33,184 nt of DNA. It comes from Meiothermus sp. (GTDB lineage Bacteria > Deinococcota > Deinococci > Deinococcales > Thermaceae). Under the pieces are notes generated by a model. That model made no database searches. It was not told the origin of the DNA and saw nothing but the letters and a program-made list of their open reading frames with translations. The DNA lies in NCBI GenBank assembly GCA_033762915.1, contig JANRLD010000020.1, forward strand, positions 1 through 33,184. The letters run 5' to 3'. Below, piece by piece: positions 26,512-33,184 of this stretch. The first letter of the stretch is position 1; every line of letters starts with the position of its first letter. The position numbers were made by a program, and so were the translations under genes.

Positions 26512-27324
26512 CTAAACTACACCGCAAAAAACGGCATAGTCTTGCAGTGTAGTTACACTTGGCTGCTCCCCGCAGACGGGGCAATCGGCCCTCTTTCCAA
26601 AGGAAATGGTTCTGAAGGTGTTGTACAGGCCGTCGTAAATCAGCAATTTTCCAGATAACGGCTGGCCCAGCTCGAGCAGCACCTTAAGCGCCTCGGTCGC
26701 CATCAGGCTACCCACCACTCCCGGCAGCACCCCGAACACACCCGCCTCGGCGCAACTGGGGACCGTTCCGGGGGCAGGCGGCTGGGGGAACAGGCAGCGG
26801 TAGCAGGGGCCGCAGGCCCCCTGCGGTGGGCGGTGATGAAACACGGAGACCTGCCCCTCGAACTGCTGGATGGCCCCATACACCAGCGGCTTGTCCAGCA
26901 GCACGCAGGCGTCGTTGACGAGGTAGCGGGCGGGGAAATTGTCAGTGCAGTCAAGGATCAGGTCGTAGGGCTCGAGGATCTCGAGGGCGTTCTGGGAGGT
27001 TAGCTCGAGAGCGTACGTCTCAACCTCGACATGGGGGTTGAGGGCGTTCAGCCGGGCCTTGGCGGCCTCGGCCTTGGGACGGCCAACCTCGGCCGTGGTG
27101 TAGAGCACCTGGCGCTGGAGGTTGGACAGATCCACCGTATCCATCTCCACGATCCCCAGGTGGCCCACCCCCGCCGCCGCGAGGTATTGCAGCACCGGCG
27201 AGCCCAGCCCGCCCGCCCCGACCACCAGCACTCTGCTGGCCTTCAGCCTGGCCTGGCCGGCCCCGCCGACCCCCTCGAGGATGATGTGCCGGGCGTAGCG
27301 GTTCAGCTCCTCATTGGTCCACAT
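26512..27324 (-). CDS. moeB: MoeB/ThiF/TtuC-like E1 adenylyltransferase
   Basis: RYARHI, GAGGLG, SNLQRQ, DCTDN, CYRC, SCAEAGV and CPVC motifs. Confidence 0.92.
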   Translation of the reverse strand: MWTNEELNRYARHIILEGVGGAGQARLKASRVLVVGAGGLGSPVLQYLAAAGVGHLGIVEMDTVDLSNLQRQVLYTTAEVGRPKAEAAKARLNALNPHVEVETYALELTSQNALEILEPYDLILDCTDNFPARYLVNDACVLLDKPLVYGAIQQFEGQVSVFHHRPPQGACGPCYRCLFPQPPAPGTVPSCAEAGVFGVLPGVVGSLMATEALKVLLELGQPLSGKLLIYDGLYNTFRTISFGKRADCPVCGEQPSVTTLQDYAVFCGVV

Positions 27325-27384
27325 TAGGCTGCCACCCCCCATTGCCCTGCCTGGCTTTGGGAGGGAGAGCGGTCGAGATTGGGT

Positions 27385-27768
27385 TCAGTCCACATACAGC
27401 GCCACCTCTTCGACTTCGGGCAGCCTCCAGGCCCTCACACTCTGGGTCTGCATCGCCACGATAACGTAGGGCACCCGCCAGAAAGCCTGGGCCCTGTCAC
27501 TTTCGCTGGGGGTCGCCGCGCTCTTGGGGTGCGAGTGGTAGATCGCCAGCAGCTCTGTGTCGGTGTCATCGAGTTCCTTGAGCAGTTTCAACACCTCGGC
27601 GGGGTCGGCGGCGTAGTTGGTCTGGGGCGAGGGGTGATGGTTGGACAAAGGCTCCACTCGAGTCACCCGCCCGCGCCGCCCGATCCAAAGCCCCACGCCC
27701 TCGCCGGGCAGCTCGGAGCGCAGGTGGGCCAGGGTAGCCTCGAGGAGTGCGGCGGGGATGCGGAGCAT
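27385..27768 (-). CDS. JAB/MPN+ (Mov34) metalloprotease
   Basis: Catalytic E (PGEGVG) and YHSHP....PS.SD motif. Confidence 0.92.
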   Translation of the reverse strand: MLRIPAALLEATLAHLRSELPGEGVGLWIGRRGRVTRVEPLSNHHPSPQTNYAADPAEVLKLLKELDDTDTELLAIYHSHPKSAATPSESDRAQAFWRVPYVIVAMQTQSVRAWRLPEVEEVALYVD

Positions 27769-27942
27769 AGCGATTCAGAGCGTACAGAGGGTAGGGGGTA
27801 GCGGGCAAAGGCCGGCTCCAGCGCAGCAAATCCTTCTACGCCCGGCCCGTCGTCGGGGGGGCGGTCCGGGCCGAACGCCGCGCAGCCCCCCTAAGCCGCC
27901 CAACGGGGACTGGGCGGCCTTCGCGGCAGCGGGCGGACTGTC

Positions 27943-28719
27943 TCACGTTTCACCTTCTGGCCTTTTGGACCTTACCTTCCTCTCCCCCGCGCCCTCCGCA
28001 AACCCCAACACAAGGTTCAAAAACCGTACCAGCGTGTCGGTCTTCTTAAAGTGTTTCTCGACCACTCCCAGCAAGTGATGGGAGCAGACCTCCTCCTCGG
28101 CTATGGGGAAGAAGGTGATGTGGCTCTTGAGCTTAAGGTCTTCGATTAGGGGGTGGTCCTTGTCGAAGCCCTTGGGCGGACGGGTGAGCTTGTCCTCATC
28201 GGAGATGGGGACCCGGCGCCTCAGCTCGAGCCACTTAAAGTCCTGCCGCGCGATCGCCTCGCGGATGCGCTTGAGCGGCTCGGGCTCGGGCATCCAGATG
28301 CCGCCGCCCGCGAAGCACCCGTCGGGCTCGAGGTGCAAGTAGAACCCCGGCGCGTGAACGTCGCGGCTGCCCAGGTAGCGGAACTGGGCGGCGGCGTGGG
28401 CCTTGTAGGGGTCTTTGTTGGCGCTGAAGCGGGTGTCGCGGGCGATGCGGAAGAGGCTGCGGCTGTTGGCCTCGTAGGCCGGGTTGATGCGCTTCAGGCT
28501 CGGCGCGAAGTCGGCGATAAAGCGCAGCATGGGCGCCTTGACCACGGCCTCGTAGCGCTTCTTGTTGGCCTGGAACCAGGGGCGGTTGTTGTTGTAGCGC
28601 AGCTCGAGCAGAAAGTGAAACAGCTCTGGGGTGAAGTAGGGCGCGGGCTTAACTGCGGCCGCGGGGGCTCCGGCCGTTTTGACCGACTTGGCGGTTTTGG
28701 GCGCGACCAGTGTGGGCAT
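27943..28719 (-). CDS. DUF2461 (TIGR02453) family protein
   Basis: FL.EL..NNNRPWF.ANK..YE, FRIARDTRFS.NK.PYK, GFYLHL. Leaderless start after TAGAGT. Confidence 0.9.
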   Translation of the reverse strand: MPTLVAPKTAKSVKTAGAPAAAVKPAPYFTPELFHFLLELRYNNNRPWFQANKKRYEAVVKAPMLRFIADFAPSLKRINPAYEANSRSLFRIARDTRFSANKDPYKAHAAAQFRYLGSRDVHAPGFYLHLEPDGCFAGGGIWMPEPEPLKRIREAIARQDFKWLELRRRVPISDEDKLTRPPKGFDKDHPLIEDLKLKSHITFFPIAEEEVCSHHLLGVVEKHFKKTDTLVRFLNLVLGFAEGAGERKVRSKRPEGET

Positions 28720-28769
28720 AGCGAGACTCTACCGCTACGCCCCCAACAAAATGTGAGCCTGCCGAAAAT

Positions 28770-30107
28770 TCACCCGTCCAGCCGAACCATCTCGGCCTTG
28801 AAGCGCTTGGCGAGTACCAGCGCGTCGGCCATCACCTGGGCGGGCTCGAGCGTCCGCACCTCGCGGTCCCGCATCAACCAGCGCCCGTCCACCATCACGT
28901 CGCGCACGTCGCCGGGCATGGCGGCGTAGACCAGCGCGGCGTAGGGGTCGTAGATCGGGTGCAGGCGCGGGGCGGAGAGGTCTATGCGGATCAGGTCGGC
29001 GCGTTTGCCGGGCTCGAGGGAGCCCGTCACCTTGTCCAAACCCAGCACCTTCGCACCCTCGATCGTCGCCATGCGGATCACCTCGGGGGCCTGCATCACC
29101 GAACGGGTGTGGGCCAGAATCCGCTGGAACTGCACCACCACCGCGAACTGCGAAAACAGGTCGAGGGTGTTGCCGCTCATCGGCCCGTCGGTGGCGATGC
29201 CCACGGTAATGCCCGCCTGCCGCATGGCGTGAACCGGGGCTATGCCGCGCCCGGCCTTACCGTTGGCGCGGGCGTTGTGGGCCACCCCCACGCCCGCCGC
29301 CGCCATCACCGGAATCTCGTCCGGGCTTACGTGCAGACAGTGCGCGGCAATCAGCCCCTCGCGCAGCAGGCCGGCTCGAGCCACCAGCTCTACGGGCCGG
29401 GTCCCGTAGTGCCGGTCACACCATTCCATCTCGCCATCGGTCTCGGCCAGGTGCATCTGCACGGGCAGGCCGGTCTTGTCGGCATACGCGGCGACCTGGC
29501 GCATGACCTCGAGGCCCGTCGAGTAGGGTGCGTGCGGGGCGATAGAAGGCGTGATGAGAGGGTGCCCTTCAAACATCGCCCGCAACTCCTCGACCCGCGC
29601 AAAGCCCTGGTCGAAGCCCTCCTGGTCGGGCGCGTTGAAGTCGGCGAGGGTCTGACCCACCACGCCGCGCAGGCCACTCTCGGCCAAGACCTTCCCCACC
29701 TCGGTCTCGAAATAGTACATGTCGGCCACGGTGGTGACGCCGCCCTGGATCAGCTCGAGGGCCGCCAGCCGCACCCCCACCCGCACCATCTCGGGACTGA
29801 CCAGGCTGCGCTCGAGGGGCAGGATGTAGCGGAACAGGCGGTCGTCGACGTCCTCGCCCAGCCCGCGAAACATCGTCATGGCGAGGTGTGAGTGCGGGTT
29901 CACCATCCCTGGCATCAGCAGGTCGCCGCCCAGGTCCAAGACCTCGGTGTCTTCGGTCGTCCCGGCAAACCGGCCCGCCCCCACCGCTTGAATCACCCCC
30001 CCCTCCACCAGCACGTAGCCGGGGTCAAAAACGGTCATGGCGGGGTCGACGGTACAAACCAGGGCGTTGCCGAACAGGACGCGGCGGGCGGGCGGAGGAA
30101 GGCTCAC
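28770..30107 (-). CDS. Amidohydrolase (MtaD/TRZ-ATZ deaminase-like)
   Basis: [40 protein letters not shown]. Leaderless start after TAGCAT. Confidence 0.92.
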   Translation of the reverse strand: MSLPPPARRVLFGNALVCTVDPAMTVFDPGYVLVEGGVIQAVGAGRFAGTTEDTEVLDLGGDLLMPGMVNPHSHLAMTMFRGLGEDVDDRLFRYILPLERSLVSPEMVRVGVRLAALELIQGGVTTVADMYYFETEVGKVLAESGLRGVVGQTLADFNAPDQEGFDQGFARVEELRAMFEGHPLITPSIAPHAPYSTGLEVMRQVAAYADKTGLPVQMHLAETDGEMEWCDRHYGTRPVELVARAGLLREGLIAAHCLHVSPDEIPVMAAAGVGVAHNARANGKAGRGIAPVHAMRQAGITVGIATDGPMSGNTLDLFSQFAVVVQFQRILAHTRSVMQAPEVIRMATIEGAKVLGLDKVTGSLEPGKRADLIRIDLSAPRLHPIYDPYAALVYAAMPGDVRDVMVDGRWLMRDREVRTLEPAQVMADALVLAKRFKAEMVRLDG

Positions 30108-30124
30108 GCCCCCATGCTACCTAC

Positions 30125-30151
30125 AAAAAGGCTCGAGGTCGCCCTCGAGCC
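30125..30151 (-). terminator. Intrinsic terminator of the tlpA-like gene
   Basis: 9-bp stem ggctcgagg/cctcgagcc followed by TTTTT on the minus strand. Confidence 0.7.
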
Positions 30152-30170
30152 CTTGACACGAAGTGGACGC

Positions 30171-30722
30171 TCAGTTCAACTGCGCCAGCGCGGCCTGCAA
30201 CTGCTCGCCCGACATGTAGCCGCGCACCTCGCCGACCTTCTGGCCCCTGGCGTTGAAGAAGAAGTTGGCCGGATAACCATTAACCCGCAGGCTCTGCGAG
30301 ACCTGGCGCAGCACGTCCTGGTAGACCACCGCGCTGGTAAAGCCCCGGGTGTCGTGGAACTGGCGCACCAGGTTAGGGGGCTCGCCGTCGTTGACGAAGG
30401 CGAACTGGATGTTGGGATTGCGCCGCGCGACCTCCTCGAACTGGGGAAGCTGCTGCTGACAGTAGGAACACCAGGTGGCCCAGACGGTCATAACGACCGG
30501 CTTGCCGCCGACGAGCTGCCCCGCCGAGCCGTCCAGCTTGACCAGTTGGAACTGGGGCAAGTCGCCCACGATCTTGGGGCGCGGAACCGCAAACAGGGCC
30601 AGCCCGACCAGCGCAACGGCCACCAGCAGTACGGCGGGGGCCTGCCAGCCCATTTTGGGCCTGGTCGCGGCGGGCGCGGGGGCTTCGGGGGTGGGTTCGG
30701 GAGCTTGGGGCTCGGGGGCCAT
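30171..30722 (-). CDS. TlpA/ResA-like membrane-anchored thioredoxin
   Basis: TM anchor, [14 protein letters not shown] 30722 lies 7 nt after TACGCT. Confidence 0.9.
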   Translation of the reverse strand: MAPEPQAPEPTPEAPAPAATRPKMGWQAPAVLLVAVALVGLALFAVPRPKIVGDLPQFQLVKLDGSAGQLVGGKPVVMTVWATWCSYCQQQLPQFEEVARRNPNIQFAFVNDGEPPNLVRQFHDTRGFTSAVVYQDVLRQVSQSLRVNGYPANFFFNARGQKVGEVRGYMSGEQLQAALAQLN

Positions 30723-30896
30723 AAAGCCAAGCGTAGCACAGGGTGGGCGGGACAAACCGTCATACGGACAGGATTGGGCCCGAAATGCGGGCGTCTGTCG
30801 GGTTTCCACCTCCCCACCCCCGCTGCTTCTCTCTTCTCCCCCGTCCCGAAACCTGACCCTGCGCTGACCCTGCCCAACCAAGCTACGGACATGGCT

Positions 30897-31631
30897 ATGC
30901 GCATCCTGGTCTCCAACGACGACGGCATCTTCAGCCCCGGCCTCCTGGCGCTCGCGGAGGTCGCCAGCGCCTTCGGCGAGGTGCGGGTGGTGGCCCCCGA
31001 TGTGGAGCAGTCGGCGACGGGGCACGCCATCACCATCATGCGGCCCCTCCACTACCGCAACACCCCCCTTTCGGGCATAGAAGCCTACCGGGTGAACGGC
31101 ACCCCCGCCGACTGCGTGGCACTGGGGGCCCACCGCTGGGGAAGGGTGGATCTGGTGCTCTCCGGCATCAACCTGGGCTCCAACCTGGGCAACGAGATCT
31201 GGCACTCCGGCACTGTGGCCGCCGCCAAGCAGGCCGCCCTGCTGGGCATCCCGGCGGTCGCTTTCAGCACCCCGGTCAACGGCAGAGAGCCCGACTTCGC
31301 GCTGCTCAAGCCCTGGGCGGGGAAAGTGCTCGAGGCCCTGCTGCGCGAGCCCAAGCCATTCCTGATCAACGTCAACCTGCCCGCCAAGCCCAAGGGGCTG
31401 CTGTGGGCGCGGCAGTCGGTGCGGATGTACGAGGGGCAGATCATCCCCGGCGAGGACCCCATGGGCCGCGAGCACTTCTGGTTTGCCGCCACCCCCGACA
31501 CCGAGCCCGAGGAGGGCACCGACCGCTGGGCCGTAAACCACAACTTCATCTCGCTTACCCCGCTGCGCCTCGACCTGACCGACGAGACCCGCCTCGCGCA
31601 GGCCTTTCAGCTGGCCTCCACAGCCGAGTAG
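30897..31631 (+). CDS. surE: 5'/3'-nucleotidase SurE
   Basis: [39 protein letters not shown]. An alternative ATG lies at 30891. Confidence 0.96.
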   Translation: MRILVSNDDGIFSPGLLALAEVASAFGEVRVVAPDVEQSATGHAITIMRPLHYRNTPLSGIEAYRVNGTPADCVALGAHRWGRVDLVLSGINLGSNLGNEIWHSGTVAAAKQAALLGIPAVAFSTPVNGREPDFALLKPWAGKVLEALLREPKPFLINVNLPAKPKGLLWARQSVRMYEGQIIPGEDPMGREHFWFAATPDTEPEEGTDRWAVNHNFISLTPLRLDLTDETRLAQAFQLASTAE

Positions 31632-31773
31632 GGCGCCGCGGTGGCCCGTCTCGAGCAGTTCCTCGAGCCGTGAGGCCGTGCCGGGTTTGAGTACGTCGGC
31701 AAACCTGCGGTCATCCGAGCGCCCTCACGCATCGCTAAACCTTACCGACTCATCAAGAGTTCGTCCGAAAAAC

Positions 31774-31935
31774 ACTTCGCTTGTGGGGACCGCAGTAAAC
31801 CCGAACAATCTCGAGCGCACCTGGTACGCCCTGCAAAACCGGGCCAACGGGCTGGACGAGGCCCTGGCACTGGCCCTCAAGGAGCTCGAGCAGGCGCAGC
31901 GGCGGGCGCATAGTGGACTCAGGGTAGCAGGGTGA
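31774..31935 (+). pseudogene. Recombinase/integrase remnant
   Basis: TSLVGTAVNPNNLERTWYALQNRA resembles the tyrosine-integrase segment just before the H-x-L-R-H box, which is missing here. It is joined to an unrelated helical tail. Confidence 0.45.
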
Positions 31936-32080
31936 ATAGAGGGTTGGGTATTTGTGTTTCTAAAAGAGCTTGCTCTGGACGGGAGTGGGCAGGGTGGACT
32001 CGAGGGGTGGCAGGATTTTGCCAACCCCAGGCTTGTCCCTACTAGTGGTATTTGAATTCGTTGCCACTTGTAGAAGCCCT

Positions 32081-32584
32081 CTATGAGATCAAGCCAAGAC
32101 TAGAAAGTCGTACCAACATTGCTTGGAGACTCACCTCAAACTTTGCAGCCAAGCTCTTTACCCGCTCCTCGTCTGAGAGGTCTATAGCAGTGTCTCCGAC
32201 GAGTTGTCGGAGAGTATCCTCAGGCATGAGCAGAGCTGCCGCGAAAGCGTTGGCCTGGATCTCTTTGGGATCAACACCCTTATCCGACGCGCCATTGCGG
32301 TAGTAGACGTTAGTAACAAACAGCTTTTCTTCTTGCCGATGAAGCACGAAGTGACCAAGCTCATGCGCTACGGAAAATCTCCGACGATTCGTGTGATGAT
32401 TCTTGTTTACTGCGACAATGCCCTTATCTTTCTTGACGATAAGAAATCCAGACACCGGGTCATCCAAGGACTCTTCCACGACAGACACACCCAATGTCTG
32501 AGCTAGGGCGTACACATCCACTGGAATGGTTGAGCCAACTTGCTTCAATAGCTTTTGAGCGGCCCCTCGAGCATCTACCTTCAC
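32081..32584 (-). CDS. ImmA/IrrE-family metallopeptidase (DUF955)
   Basis: RRRFSVAHELGH (HExxH) and EIQANAFAAALLMP. GTGA overlap with the XRE gene. Lower GC. Confidence 0.93.
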   Translation of the reverse strand: MKVDARGAAQKLLKQVGSTIPVDVYALAQTLGVSVVEESLDDPVSGFLIVKKDKGIVAVNKNHHTNRRRFSVAHELGHFVLHRQEEKLFVTNVYYRNGASDKGVDPKEIQANAFAAALLMPEDTLRQLVGDTAIDLSDEERVKSLAAKFEVSLQAMLVRLSSLGLIS

Positions 32585-32919
32585 TTGCTCTCACCCCCTT
32601 GCATGTGTTTTTCTAACACCTCAAGAGTTTTGGGTAACACGCGCTCGCGCTTGCCTGCAAACTCGACTGTGACACGCTCATCCTTCTTTACCGACGCCAG
32701 TGTGGGCAGGATTTCAACGACCTCAACATCCAGGCACTCACAAAGCCTGTATAGCAAGTGTAGCGGGGGCTTCTGCACACCTTTTTCGATGTTGGTGACG
32801 GATGTCCGCTCGAGTCCGACGTATTTCGCCACGTCTTCCTGCTTCTTACCCAGTGCGTCTCGCCGCTCTCGTAGGCGCTTCCCAAGTTCACGGTAAAGCA
32901 CAGCTTCTTCGATAGGCAC
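32581..32919 (-). CDS. XRE-family HTH transcriptional regulator
   Basis: LGKRLRERR..LGKKQEDVAKYVGLERTSVTNIEKG. Probable leaderless GTG start at 32919. Confidence 0.92.
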   Translation of the reverse strand: MPIEEAVLYRELGKRLRERRDALGKKQEDVAKYVGLERTSVTNIEKGVQKPPLHLLYRLCECLDVEVVEILPTLASVKKDERVTVEFAGKRERVLPKTLEVLEKHMQGGESK

Positions 32920-32925
32920 GCTCAA

Positions 32926-32954
32926 AGCCTATGTCGGCCGAACTCAATTGTCAA
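32926..32954 (-). promoter_or_regulatory. Near-consensus SigA promoter of the xre-immA operon (leaderless)
   Basis: TTGACA (32954-32949), 17 nt, TAGGCT (32931-32926), 6 nt, GTG. Confidence 0.75.
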
Positions 32955-32993
32955 CCCAGCAAACGTTTATCAAGTTGACTTTAGTCATCTTAG

Positions 32994-33023
32994 TTGACAT
33001 CTGTGCCGGGGTCTGCTTATTAT
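32994..33023 (+). promoter_or_regulatory. Putative divergent promoter
   Basis: TTGACA (32994-32999), 18 nt, TATTAT (33018-33023). Confidence 0.5.
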
Positions 33024-33045
33024 TTCTCCACGGTGAGCTCGTTAA

Positions 33046-33184
33046 TAAAGAACCCCGCCGCAAGCGGACGGGGTATCGCGCCCGCCCTACGGCCCGAACA
33101 GTCTCGGCTGCTCGATCCGGTGTAGCTGTTTGTACTGCTGGCCCTGCTTCTTGACGTATTGCCCCACCGCCCGCTCGTTACCGT
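33046..33184 (-). mobile_element. Right end of an IS200/IS605-family element
   Basis: Subterminal hairpin accccg-ccgc-aa-gcgg-a-cggggt (33052-33074) just after the tnpA stop. The end position is approximate. Confidence 0.75.
33087..33184 (-). CDS. tnpA: IS200-type Y1 transposase TnpA, C-terminal fragment cut by the window edge
   Basis: GNERAVGQYVKKQGQQYKQLHRIEQPRLFGP*, containing the Y-x-x-x-Q catalytic helix of HUH Y1 transposases. Confidence 0.75.
   Translation of the reverse strand, partial: GNERAVGQYVKKQGQQYKQLHRIEQPRLFGP

Noticed and set aside
29892..31541. Large N-terminal extensions of SurE (579 aa) and TlpA (456 aa)
   Set aside because: They overlap real genes on the opposite strand. 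The true starts are near 30897 and 30722.
1..33184. CRISPR array, rRNA or tRNA genes
   Set aside because: No regularly spaced repeat-spacer units or RNA gene signatures were seen.

Overview
GC-rich chromosomal window that looks like Meiothermus/Calidithermus (Thermaceae, Deinococcota). This is inferred from gene content, many leaderless genes (TANNNT 6-7 nt before the start codon) and a strong excess of the palindrome CTCGAG. Most of it is housekeeping or metabolic: PotA/PotC-like ABC genes, a DMT transporter, adenine deaminase, M24 and M20 peptidases, RtcB, TldD/TldE, amidase, USP, 5-formyl-THF cyclo-ligase, ATL, citrate synthase, a MoeB/TtuC-like E1 next to a JAB protease, an MtaD-like amidohydrolase, TlpA and SurE. 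From about 31.7 kb a lower-GC mobile island begins, with an integrase-like remnant, a leaderless XRE + ImmA/IrrE pair and the right end of an IS200/IS605 element. The most interesting unexplained signals are non-coding: (1) a promoter-driven ~205-nt structured leader before a stand-alone rtcB, with duplicated GCTGTAGG motifs and mutually exclusive folds, possibly Y-RNA-like or a switch; (2) a ~300-nt multi-stem candidate ncRNA between convergent genes at 1269-1570; (3) a family of REP-like or cloverleaf elements bounded by GGTTCCC...GGGAACC. All structures were paired by eye and no database search was possible.
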